From the NCBI RefSeq assembly GCF_963921235.1, contig NC_086097.1, forward strand, positions 254,512,001 to 254,576,000: DNA of 64,000 nt, read 5' to 3'. This document shows, piece after piece, positions 35,948 through 47,965 of this stretch; position 1 is the first letter of the stretch, and each line of letters starts with the position of its first letter. This stretch comes from Mobula hypostoma. Lineage: Eukaryota. The notes under the pieces are model-generated. The model was given only the letters and a program-made list of their open reading frames with translations, was not told where the DNA came from and made no database searches. Made by a program: the position numbers and the translations under genes.

Positions 35948-38761
35948 AGCGATTATTTCAGTTATTCCTAAAGAGGGTAAAGATAAACTAGAATGTGGCA
36001 ATTATCGGCCAATTAGTGTTCTTAATTTAGATTACAAACTATTTACATCTATATTAGCACACAGATTGGAAAAGCTTTTACCTGGCCTAATCCATTTAGA
36101 CCAGACTGGATTTATTCAACAAAGACAAACACAGGACAACACAAGGAGAACTCTGCACATATTAGAACAGGTTAATAAGAACGAGACAGAGACAATGGTA
36201 GTAGGATTGGACGCTGAGAAAGCTTTTGATTCGGTTAGTTGGACATTCCTATACAGAGTGTTAGGAAGATTCGGCTTTCAAGAAAGGTTTATTAAAGTAA
36301 TTCAGACTCTGTATGACAGCCCAACAGCCCGAATTAAGATAAATGGAGACCTCTCTGACTCCTTCATTTTAGAGAGAGGCACTAGACAGGGATGCCCAAT
36401 TTCTCCTCTCCTTTTTGCGCTATATATTGAACCACTTGCCCAACTAATAAGACAGAGCGAAATCGTAAAAGGTATCAAGGTGGCAGGGATTGAACAGAAA
36501 GTGGCGTTATTCGCAGATGATGTTTTGGTCTATCTGAGTGAACCAGAAAAATCATTTATAGGATTGTTTACACTGTTGGATGACTTTGGGAAAATATCAG
36601 GTTATAAAATAAATGTAAAGAAAATGCAGGTTATGTCCCTAAATTATACACCATCCAAAAAATTGCAGGATACATACGATCTTAAGTGGGAAGCTAAATC
36701 ATTAAAATATTTAGGAATAACCCTGCCGAAGGATCTTTCAACACTGTCACAGGTAAATTATGGGCCATTAATCTCAGAGATAAAAGCAGATATGCATAGA
36801 TGGAATCTTATCCCCTTTTAAAGTTTAAATTCAAGGATAAATACTATAAAAATGAATATTCTTCCTCAGTTATTATATCTTTTCCGTACTTTACCAGTGG
36901 AGGTGGATGATAATCAATTCAGGGAATGGGACAAATGGATTTCCCGCTTCATTTGGCAAGGAAGGAAACCTAGAATTCGATATAACACTTTACAGTTAGG
37001 GAAGGAAAGAGGAGGTATGGTTCTTCCTTGCCTGAGAAATTATTTTTATGCCTCACAGATAACCCCTCTGTTATATTGGTGTAATAGGGAATATAAGGCT
37101 AGATGGAAGGAAATAGAATTTGGATTAGTTGACAGTTTTCCTCTTCAGGCCTCAATAGCTGACAAAGGATTGATGGCCCAGTTGGAAAAATTTAATAATG
37201 CTTGGATAAATCTTACATTAAAAGTATGGCAGAAGGTGGTTAATTCATGTGGAATTAATAACATGCTAAAACTCTTTAGATGGTGTGCATATGATACCGA
37301 ATTCCTTCCCAACAGAGGAGATAAAAGATTTGAGCTATGGATAAAGAAAGGTCTTACAACCTACCTCTCATTTATAGATAAAAGAGTATTACAAAGTTTC
37401 CAAATCCTGCAGGACAAACATGGCCTAGAACATAATGACTTTTTTAGGTACCTTCAAATATGAAACTATGTTAACCAGAGTTGTAGATATACAGACCTAT
37501 CAACAGTAGAATTAGAATTTTTCAAGATTCTGAATTCGGCTTGCAGTTCAATACCTAGTAAATCAGTTTCTCGCCTATATAATGCACTCTCCCATGCTAA
37601 AAATGTAAATACACTGTATATTAAAGAGAAGTGGGAGAAAGAAGCGGGGTTGGTACTTTCAGAGGAGGCTTGGGGGAAAATCTGCAGTTTTCAATGGTCC
37701 TCGACTAATTCTTTGACTTGGAGAGAACATTGTTGGAAAAACATTATAAGATACTTCAAGACCCCATATCAGGAAAAATATAAAGATACAAATGTGATGT
37801 GTTGGAGAAGGTGCGGCTCTAAGGAGGCAAATCATTTTCATATTTTCTGGGATTGCCCTAAATTAAGTCTATTTTGGGAAGGTATTCATAGAACATTAGT
37901 TAAGGTACTTAGGTCCCAGATACCTCTGAACTTTGAGACGCTCTATTTGGGGCATGTATTGTTCCTTGAACAGAAGGAAGATATAAAGTTGCTGCAGGCC
38001 CTCTTAGCGGCAAGTAAGAAATCAATCACTAGAAAATGGCTAAATCCAATACCACCTACATTAGAAGATTGGTACGAAATTATCTTGGAAATATTTTAAA
38101 TGGAAAAGTTGACCTACTCCCTGAGAACTCAAAAAGAAACATTTTATCAAATCTGGAATAAATGGATTGAATATATAACCCCAATGCGAGCAGACTTTAG
38201 ATGACTCTCCTAATGATTTATATTGCTCTTCTCATCAACACAGTAATATTGCTAACGTAAGCACCCCTAGTCTAAATGTTTGTTGTTGGTTTTTTTTGGA
38301 AAATAGAGAATTAACACAAGTAAAGGGAAAGATTTGGGAAAGGGATAAAAAAAATGAAAAAATTAAGTAAATAAGTACATAGAGATTGGATAATTATGTC
38401 TGCGGGCAGGAACAAGCACGAACAAATTGGGATATAAACACCTACAATGGTTGGTATATAGGCTTGTATGCAACATTTTGGACCAGTGGAAATGGTCCAG
38501 AAGGGTTGTATGGAAACTATTATTACCATTTTTCTTAACAACTAATTTCATTACTTAGCCTAATAGGTTAGATTTACCACAGTACATAATTATCTATTTA
38601 AATGTTTATTTTGCTTTTATATCATCTCAATGTGTACTTAAGAATGTATAAATAATTGTAGTTTTATACATATAAAAAAAATGGAAAAGGTTATATGTGT
38701 GAAAAAAGTACATGATAATTGTGAACTCCTTATCCAAATAAAAATAAAATTAAAAAAAAAA
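35948..38761 (+). mobile_element. 5'-truncated L1-clade LINE (ORF2 RT plus Cys-rich C-terminus, 3' UTR, poly(A)), 15-bp TSD
   Basis: [40 protein letters not shown] and CWRRCGSKEANHFHIFWDCPK in one frame to the stop at 38204, with only three premature stops. AATAAA plus an A-run; TSD gaaagtgggcatgca at 35933-35947 and 38762-38776. Confidence 0.93.
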
Positions 38762-38980
38762 GAAAGTGGGCATGCAGGTACAGCAGGCGGTGAAAAAGGC
38801 GAATGGCATGCTGGCATTCATAGCAAGAGGATTCGAGGACAGGAGCAGGGAGGTACTACTGCAGTTGTACAAGGCCTTGGTGAGACCACACCTGGAGTAT
38901 TGTGTGCAGTTTTGGTCCCCTAATCTGAGGAAAGACATCCTTGCCATACAGGGAGTACAAAGAAGGTTCACCAGATTGAT

Positions 38981-39178
38981 AAAAGTTGCTGGTGAACGCA
39001 GCAGGCCAGGCAGCATCTCTAGGAAGAGGTGCAGTCGATGTTTCAGGCCGAGACCCTTCGTCAGGACAGCCTGAAACGTTGACTGCACCTCTTCCTAGAG
39101 ATGCTGCCTGGCCTGCTGCGTTCACCAGCAACTTTTATGTGTGTTGCTTGAATTTCCAGCATCTGCAGCATTCCTGTT
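38981..39178. mobile_element. Penelope pLTR-only insertion forming a 70-bp inverted repeat, 15-bp TSD
   Basis: Arms 38979-39048 and 39069-39138 are reverse complements with two mismatches. TSD gttcaccagattgat at 38966-38980 and 39179-39193. Confidence 0.88.
39032..39068 (-). ncRNA. Putative minimal type I hammerhead ribozyme (Penelope pLTR type)
   Basis: Minus strand gtc CTGACGA agg gtctcgg cct GAAAC ATC gac: CUGANGA and GAAA cores, stem II AGG/CCT, stem I GTC/GAC, AUC cleavage triplet. The stem III palindrome is mutated (ACAT instead of ACGT). Confidence 0.6.
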
Positions 39179-39954
39179 GTTCACCAGATTGATTCCTGGG
39201 ATGGCAGGACTTTCAATGATGAAAGACTGGATCGACTAGGCTTATATTCATTGGAATTTAGAAGATTGAGGGGGGATCTTACTGAAACGTATAAAATCCT
39301 AAAGGGATTGGACAAGCTAGATGCGGGAAGATTGTTCCCGACGTTGGGGAAGTCCAGAACGAGGGGTCACAGTTTGAGGATAAAGGGGAAGCCTTTTAGG
39401 ACCAAGATGAGGCAAAACTTCTTCACACAGAGAGTGGTGAATCTGTGGAATTCTCTGCCACAGCAAACAGTTGAGGCCAGTTCATTGACTATATTTAAGA
39501 GGGAGTTAGATATGGCCCTTGTGGCTAAAGGGATCAGGGGGTATGGAGGGAAGGCTGGTACAGGGTTCTGAGTTGGATGATCAGCCATGATCATACTGAA
39601 TGGCAGTGCAGGCTCGAAGGGCCGAATGGCCTACTCCTGCACCTATTTTCTATGTTCCTATGTAAGATTTTCCCTTAAGGAAACCATGCTGACTTTGTTC
39701 TATCTTGTCCTGTGTCACCAAGTACTCCATCACCTCATCCTTAACTCCTTCCCAACTATTGAGGGCAGGCTAACTGGTCTATAATTTCCTTTCTGCTGCC
39801 TTCCTCCTTTCTTACAGAGTCACTTTAAGGACTCTTTATCTCATCATCTCACACTCTCGTTATTGATTGCTATTTATTTATATTTGCATTTGCACAATTT
39901 ATCATCTTTGGCACCCAAGTTGACTCTTCATTGATCCTGTTATAGTTACTATAG

Positions 39955-40563
39955 TCGGCGGGAGGAGAAGATGGCAGCGTGCCGCGCGTGCGCAGCCCTC
40001 CGGTGATCTGTTAAATAGGGGCCGTGGACAATTCTGATTTGATGGAGAATGGACGTGAAAGCACAAAGGAACATCTGGAGAAATTTCTGAAACGCCCGTT
40101 CACTGCTGTCGTTACTGCGGGAATCTTTCGGAGGGTAGGCCTCAAAATCCCCGGCCTTGCCTGCTTTCAGCGACCGAGAAGGAGGTCGAATCGTTTGGAC
40201 AGAGATGGCGCTCAGTACTCGGTGTCGGACAGCTGATCAGAGCTTGAAGTTTTCGGATGACTCAGAGTCGGATTGTGGTCAGCATGGCAGGGAGAGTTTT
40301 TCTTCCTTTTCCCATCTGCGTGAGATGTGGGACATTTGAGAAACTTTGAACTTTACTGTGCTCACGGACTTTCCTCATCAAGTTATGGTATTGTCACACT
40401 GTTTGTAACTATATGTATAATTATGTGGTTTTGTCAGTTTTTTCAGTCTTGGTCTGTCCTGTGTTTTGTGATAGCACACTGGAGGAAATAATGTATCATT
40501 TCTTAATGCATGCATTACTAAATGACAATAAAAGAGGACTACGTGTCTTCATAATCATCATCA
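39955..40563 (+). mobile_element. Non-coding retroposon, copy 2, inserted in a Rex1-type 3' UTR (39820-39954 and 40564-40606)
   Basis: Starts gggaggagaagatggcagcg and ends aataaaagaggactacgtgtcttcataatcatcatcat. Homologous to 18630-19295. Confidence 0.8.
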
Positions 40564-40875
40564 TATTCAATACAATTGCTGAGTATATCCACAAGGAAAT
40601 GAATCTGAGCAACACACAGAAGATGCTGGTGGAACGCAGCAGGCCAGAGTGTGAGAGGGAGGATAGGCAGGTGATAGCGAAGGGACGCACTCAGCCCGAT
40701 GGTATGAGATGTGTCTATTTTAATGCAAGAAGCATTATGAACAAAGCGAATGAGCTTAGAGTGTGGATCAGTACTTGGAGTTATGATGTTGTGGCCATTA
40801 CAGAGACTTGGATGGCTCAGGGGCAGGGATGGTTACTTTGAGAGCCAGGCTTTAGATGTTTCAGAAAAGATAATT

Positions 40876-40949
40876 CCGTATCTTGCCATGAAAACCCCAT
40901 GGTCCATGAGGTCATGAAGAGTCAACTCAATTTAACAACTGAACAACAA
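40876..40949 (+). mobile_element. RTE/BovB-like 3' tail fragment
   Basis: ggtccatgaggtcatgaagagtcaactcaatttaacaactgaacaacaa resembles recalled BovB/RTE 3' ends (gtcacgaagagtc...gactgaacaacaa). Confidence 0.55.
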
Positions 40950-42182
40950 GCCACTCGTGAGACTTGGTTGCAGGAGGGGCAGGATTCCAGGATTCTGCTG
41001 TTTTAGATGCGACAGAGCAAACAGGATTTAAGACAGTGGGGTGGAATTACTAGTCAGAGAAAATATCATAGCAGTGCTTAATCAGGATAGACTGAAGAAC
41101 TTGTCTAGAGAGGCTTTATGTGTGAAAATGAGGAATAAGAAAAATGTGACCACATTAAGGGGGCTATATTATAGAGAGATTGCAGACTGTTGAAAGAAGC
41201 ATAAGGTTGTTACAGTAGGTGATTTTAACTTTCCACACATTGACTGGGACTCCCGTACTGTAAAAGGACTAGATGGAATAGAGTTTGTCAAATGTGTTCA
41301 GGAAAGTTTCCTTAATCAGTACATAGAATTCACAACGAGAGAGTGTGCAATACTTAATCTCCTATTAGGGAACGAGACAGAGCAGGTGACAGAAACTTGT
41401 GCAGGGGGACAATTTGCATCAAGTGACCATAATCACATTAGTTTCAAAGTAAATATGGAGAAAGACAGGTCTGATATACAGGCTGAGATTCGAAATTGGA
41501 GAATGGCCAATTTTGATAGTATCAAAAAGGATCAGGCAAGTGTGGATTGGGACAGCCAGTTTTCTGGCCAAGGTGTACATGGCAGGTGGGAGGCCTTGAA
41601 AAGTGAAATTTTGAGAGTACAAAACTCGTATGTGCCTGTCGAATAAAAGGTAAATATAACAAGGGTAGGAAACTTCGGTTTTCAAGGGCTATTGAGGCCC
41701 TGGTTAAGAAAAAAAGGAGGTGCATAGCAGGTATAGCCAGGTAGGAACAAATGAGGTGCTTATGGAGTTTGAGAAACGTAGGAGAACACTTAAGAAAGAA
41801 ATCAGAAAGGCTAAAAGAAGGCATGAGGTTGCCCTAGCAGACAAGGTGAAGGAGAATCCGAAGAGATTCTACAGATATGTTAAAAAGAGCAAAGGGATTG
41901 CAAGGGACAAAAATGGCCCCCTGGAAGATCAGAATGGTAATCCGCGTGCAGAGCCAAAAAGAGATGAGGGAGTTCTATTTACTCGGGAGACAGACAGAGT
42001 CTATAAAAGTGAGGCAAAGCAGCAGCGAGTTCATGGACAGTATACACATTACAGTAGAGGAGGTGTTTGATATCTTGAGGCCATTTATGGTGGATAAATC
42101 CCCAGGGCCTGATCGGGTGCTCACTCGCACCCTGTATGAGGTAAGTACAGAAACTGGAGGGGCTCTGGCAGAGATATTTAAA

Positions 42183-43035
42183 CTTTATACTTCATTGTCG
42201 CCAAACAATTGATACTAGAATATACAATCATCACAGCGATATTTGATTCTGCACTTGCTTCCCACTCCCTGAAGTACAAATCGATAGTATATATTAAAAA
42301 TTTAAATTATAAATTATAAATAGAAAATAGAAAATGGAAAGTAAGGTAGTGCAAAAAAACCGAGAGGCAGGTCCGGATATTTGGAGGGTACGGCCCAGAT
42401 CCGGGTCATGATCTATTCAGCAGTCTTATCACAGTTGGAAAGAAGCTGTTCCCAAATCTGGCCGTACGAGTCTTCAAGCTCCTGAATCTTCTCCCGGAGG
42501 GAAGAGGGACAAAAAGTGTGTTGGCTGGGTGGGTCGTGCCCTTGGTTATCCTGGCAGCACTGCTCCCACAGCGTGTGGTGTAAAGTGAGTCCAAGGACGG
42601 AAGATTGGTTTGTGTGATGTGCTGCGCCGTGTTCACGATCTTCTGCAGCTTCTTTCGGTCTTGGACAGGACAACTTCCATACCAGGTTGTGATGCACCCT
42701 AGAAGAATGCTTTCTACGTGCATCTATAAAAATTAGTGAGGGTTTTAGGGGACAGGCCAAATTTCTTTAGTTTTCTCAGGAAGTAAAGGTGCTGGTGGGC
42801 CTTCTTGGCAGTGGACTCTGCTTGGTTGGACCAAGTCAGGTCATTTGTGATATTGACCCCGAGGAACTTAAAGCTTTTGACCTGTTCCACTTGCACACCA
42901 CCGATGTAAATTGGGCCGTGCGGTCCACTACTCCTTCTTAAGTCAACAACCAATTCCTTTGTCTTGCTGACATTGAGGGATAGATTATTGTCTTCGTACC
43001 ATGCCACCGGGTTCTTAATTTCCTCTCTGTACTTC
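42183..43035 (-). mobile_element. 5'-truncated Rex1/Babar LINE, relatively young
   Basis: ORFs 42714-43035 (NNLSLNVSKTKELVVD) and 42406-42723 (HPANTLFVPLPSGRRFRSLKTRTARFGNSFFP). Short tttaa duplication at the junctions. Confidence 0.88.
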
Positions 43036-43164
43036 TTTAAGTCATTCTTAGCGACAGGTGAGGTACCTAAGGATTGGAAGACAACTAACACTTTTCTGTA
43101 GTTCAATAAAGGCTTTAAAACTAAACCAGGAATGTACAGGCCAGTGAACCTGACATCATTGTAC

Positions 43165-46100
43165 ACCTAATGGCAGTTGTACACAGGCCTCCAAACAGCA
43201 GCCAGGATGTGGATTACAGATTACAGCAGGAGATAGAAAAGGTGTGTCAGAAGGGCAATGTGATGATAGTCATTGGGGATTTTAACATGAAAGTGGATTG
43301 GGAAAACCAGGCCAGTACCTGAACTTAAGAGGGAGAATTTGTAGAGTGTCTAAGGCTTTTTAGAACAGCTTGTTGTTCAGCCCACTAGGAGATCGGCTGT
43401 GCTGGATTGGGTGTTATGCAATGATCCAGAGGTGATAAGAGAGCTTAAGGTTAAGGAACCCTTGGGAAACAGTGATCACAATATGATCGAGTTCACTTTG
43501 AAATTTGAGAAGGAGAATCTAAATTCCAATGTGTCGGTATGTCAGTGGAATAAAGGAAATTACAATGGCATGAGAGGGGAACTGGCCAAGGTTGACTAGA
43601 AAGGGACACTAGCAGGAAGGACAGCAGAGCAGTAATGGCTGGAGTTTCTACGAAAAATGCGGGAAGTGCAACAGATACATTCCAAGTAAGAAGAAATTTT
43701 CTAATGGAAGAACACTAGTGTGGCTGACAAGTGAAGTCAGAGCCAAAGTAAAAGCAAAAGAGAGGGCATACAAGGAAGCCAAAGCTAGTGGAAAGATAGA
43801 GGATTGGGAAGCTCTTAAAAACTTGCAGAAGGAAACTAAGAAGGTCATTAGGAAGGAAAAGATGATTTATGACAGGAAGCTGGCGATTAATATCAAAAGA
43901 TACTGAAAGCTTTTTTAAGTATATGAAGGGTAAAAGAAAGTTGAGGGTAGATATAGGACCAATACAAAATGATGCTGGAGATATTGTAATGGGAGACACA
44001 GAGATGGCAGAGGAACTGAATGCATATTTTGCATCAGTCATCACAGTGGAAGACGTCTGCAGCATACCGAACATTCAAGAGTGTCAGGGAAGTAAATTTA
44101 TGTGTAGTGAAAATTACAACTAAGAAGGTACTCAGGAAGGTTAATGGTCTGAGGGTGGATAAATCTCCTGGACCTGATGGAATGCACCCTCGGGTTCTGA
44201 AGGAAGTAGCTGGAGACATCACGGAGGCATTAACAATGACCTTTCAAGAATCAATAGATTCTGGCATTGTACCAGATGACTGGAAAATTGCAAATGTTAC
44301 TCCACTATTTAAGAAGGTTGGGAGGCAGCAGAAAGGAAACTATAGATCTGTAGCCTGACATCAGTGGTTGGGAAGTTGTTGGAATCAATTGTTAGGGATG
44401 AGATTACATAGTACCTGGATGCACATGTCTAGATAGGCCAAAGCCAGCATGGTATCCGGAAAGGAAAACCTTGCCTGACTAACCTACTGCAATTTTTTGA
44501 GGAAATTACAAGCAGGGTAGACAAAGGAGATGCAGTAGAGGTGGTGAAATTGGATATTCAGGTGGCCTTTCACAAGGTGCTGCACATGAGACTGCTTAAC
44601 AAGATAAGAGCCCATAGAATTATAGGGAAGTTACTAGCATGGGTGGAGCATTGGCTGATCAGCAGAAAACAGAGAGTGGGAATAAAGGGATCCTATTCTG
44701 GCTGGCTGCCAGTTACCAGTGGAGTTCCACAAGGGTTGGTGTTGGGACCGCCGCTTTTTATGATGTCAACAAGTTGGACTGTGAGATTGACGGATTTGTG
44801 GCTAAATTTTAACCATAAGACCATAAGACAAAGGAGCAGAAGTCGGCCATTCGGCCCATCGAGTCTGCTCTGCCATTTTATCATGAGCTGATCCATTCTC
44901 CCATTTAGTCCCACTCCCCCGCCTTCTCACCATAACCTTTGATGCCCTGGCTACTCAGATACCTATCAATCTCTGTCTTAAATACACCCAATGACTTGGC
45001 CTCCACTCCTGCCCGTGGCAGCAAATCCCATAGATTCACCACTCTCTGGCTAAAAAAATTTCTTCGCATTTCTGTTCTGAATGAGCGCCCTTCAATCCTT
45101 AAGTCATGCCGTCTCGTACTAGACTCCCCCATCATGGGAAACAACTTTGCCACATCCACTCTGTCCATGCCTTTCAACATTCGAGATGTTTCTATGAAGT
45201 CTCCCCTCATTCTTCTAAACTCCAAGGAATACAGTCCAAGAGCGGACAAACGTTCCTCACATGCTAACCGTCTCATTCCCGGAATCATTCTAGTGAATCT
45301 TCTCTGTACCCTCTCCAACGTCAGCACAACCTTTCTTAAATAAGGAGACCAAAACTGCCCACAGTACTCCAAGTGAGGTCTCACCAGTGCCTTATAGAGC
45401 CTCCCTGCTCCTATACTCTATTCCTCTAGAAATGAATGCCAACATTGCATTCGCCTTCTTCACCACCGACTCAACCTGGAGGTTAACCTTAAGGGTATCC
45501 TGTACGAGGACTCCCAAGTCCCGTTGCATCTCAGAACTTTGAATTCTCTCCCCATTTAAATAATAGTCTGCCCGTTTATTCCTTCTGCCAAAGTGCATAA
45601 CCATACACTTTCCAACATTGTATTTCATTTGCCACTTCTCTGCCCATTCTTCCAATCTATCCAAGTCTCTCTGCAGACTCTCTGTTTCCTCAGCACTACC
45701 GGCCCCTCCACCTATGTTAGTATCGCCAGCAAACTTATCCACAAAGCCATCTATTCCATAATCTAAATCGTTGATGTACAATGTAAAAAGAAGCGGCCCC
45801 AACATGGACCCCTGTGGAACACCACTGGTAACCGGCAGCCAACCAGAATAGGGACTCTGTTTCCTGCCAATCAGCCAATGCTCTATCTACGTATGTAACT
45901 TTACCGTTAATTCCATGGGCTCTTATCTTGTTAAGTAGTCTCATGTGCGGCACCTTATCAAAGGCCTTCTGAAAATCCAGATATACAACATCCACTGCAT
46001 CTCCCTTGTCTAGCCTACTTGTAATTTCCTCAAAAAAATTGTAATAGGTTTGTCAGGCAGGATTTTCCTTTAAGGAATCCATGCTGAGTTCTGCCTATCT

Positions 46101-47965
46101 TGTCATATGCCTCCAGGTACTCTGTAACCTCATCCTTGACAACTGACTCCAACAACTTCCCAAACACCGATGTCAAGCTAACAGGTCTATAATTTCCTTT
46201 TTGCTTCCTTGCCCCCTTCTTAAATAGCGGAGTGACATTTGCAATCTTCCAGTCCTCCGGAACCATGCCAGAATCTATCGACTTTTGAAAGATCATCGCT
46301 AATGCCTCCGCAATCTCTACAGCTACTTCCTTCAGAACACAAGGGTGCATTCCATCTGGTCCAGGAGATTTATCTACCTTTAGACTATTCAGCTTCCTGA
46401 GTACTTTCCCTGTCGTAATTGTGACTGCGCACACTTCTTTTCCCTGCCACCCTTGAGTGTCCGGCATACTGCTGATGTCTTCCTCAGTGAAGACTGATGC
46501 AAAATACTCATTCAGTTCCTCCGCCATCTGCTTATCTCCCATTACAATTTCTCCAGCATCATTTTCTATCGGTCCTATATCTACTCTCACCTGTCTTTTA
46601 CTCTTTATATACTTGAAAAAGCTTTTAGTATCCTCTTTGATATTATTTACTAGCATCCTTTCATAGTTCATCTTTTCCCTCTTAATGACCTTCTTAGTTT
46701 CCTTTTGTAAGCTTTTAAAAACTTCCCAATCCTCTGCCTTCCCACTAATTTTTGCTTCCTTGTCTGCCCTCTCCTTTGCTTTAACTTTGGCTTTGACTTC
46801 TTATGTCAGCCACGGTTGCATCCTTTTTTCCATTCGAAAATTTCTTCTTTTTTGGAATATACCTGTCTTGCACCTTCCTCACTTCTCGCATAAACTCCCG
46901 CCACTGCTGCTCTGCTGTCTTTCCTGCCAGTGTCCCTTTCCAGTCAACTTTAGTCAGTTCCTCTCTCATGCCACTGTAATTTCCTTTACTCCACTGAAAT
47001 ACCGACACATCAGATTTCGGCTTCTCTTTTTCTAATTTCACAGTGAACTCAATCATGTTATGATCACTGCCTCCTTAGAGTTCCTTCACCTCAATCTCTC
47101 TAATCACCTCTGGTTCATTACACAATACCCAATCCAGTACAGCCGATCCCCTAGTGGGCTCAACAAGCTGTTCTAAAAAGCCATCTCACAGACATTCTAC
47201 AAATTCTCTCTCTTGAGATCCAGTGCCGACCTGATTTTCCCAATCCACTCGCATGTTAAAATCCCCCACAATTATCATAACACTGCCCTTCTGACAAGCC
47301 TTTTCTATTTCCTGTTGTAATTTGTAGTCCACATCACTGCAGCTGTTTGGAGGCCTGTAAATAACTGCCATCAGGGTCCTTTTACCCCTACGATTTCTTC
47401 GCTCAACCCATAAAGATTCTGCACCTTCCAATCCTATATCACCTCTTTCTAATGATTTAATATCATTTCTTACCAATAAAGCCACGCCTCCCCCTCTGCC
47501 TACCTTCCTATCCTTCCGATACACCGTGTATCCTTGGACGTTCAGCTCCCAGAGACATACATCCTTTAGCCACGTCTCAGTGATGGCCACAATATCATTT
47601 GCCAATGAAACAAAGATAGGTAGAGAAGCGGGTAGAGTTGAGGAAACAGAGAGCCTGCAGAGAGACTTAGATAGTTTAGCAGAATGGGCAAAGAAGTGGC
47701 AAATGAAATACTATGTTGGAAAGTATATGATCATGCACTTTGGTGGAAGAAATAAATGGGCAGACTATTATTCAGATGGTGAGAGAATTCAAAATGCGAA
47801 GATGCAAAGGGACTTGGGAGTCCTTATGCAGGATACCCTAAAGGTTAACATCCATGTTGAGTCGGTGGTGAAGAAGGCGAATGCAACGTTGGCATTCATT
47901 TCTGGAGGTATAGAATATAAGAGCAGGGATGTGATGTTGAGGCTCTATAAGGCACTTGTGAGACC
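43165..47965 (+). mobile_element. CR1 ORF2 (43165-44809 plus 47598-47965), split by a minus-strand CR1
   Basis: YRPPNS, GNSDHNMIEF and DKSPGPDGMHP motifs; KFA|NETKIG rejoins across the insert with attt duplicated. Confidence 0.85.
44810..47597 (-). mobile_element. CR1 LINE, 2.8 kb, from the endonuclease ITETW motif to the 3' tail
   Basis: ORFs 47186-47605, 46030-46671, 45392-45805 and 44905-45384; tail tcttatggtcttatggtt. Confidence 0.92.

Larger units (their letters stand above)
35680..39661 (+). mobile_element. Young CR1 of the same subfamily as 2114-3537, in three pieces: 35680-35947, 38762-38980, 39179-39661
   Basis: Near-identical to the reverse complement of the 2114-3537 copy ([20 protein letters not shown]..., ...GYGGKAGTGF). 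Confidence 0.92.
34412..39820 (-). mobile_element. Older CR1 (34412-35664 plus 39662-39820), split by a younger nested stack
   Basis: Host sequence gttcatcaggtaag|attttcccttaaggaaaccatgc rejoins across the insert; ORF fragments 34765-35100 and 35368-35598. Confidence 0.82.
40645..43162 (+). mobile_element. Degenerate CR1 endonuclease/linker fragments (40645-40870, 40950-42182, 43036-43162)
   Basis: CVYFNARSI..ITETW, GDFNFPHIDW, SSDHNHI and DKSPGPD motifs; rejoins as gagatatttaa|gtcattcttagcgacagg. Confidence 0.8.

Noticed and set aside
35748..36821. 357-aa ORF that looks like a novel chimeric reverse transcriptase
   Set aside because: The first ~67 codons are CR1 and the rest are L1, joined in frame by chance at the TSD-defined insertion site. 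It has no promoter and ends at a premature stop.
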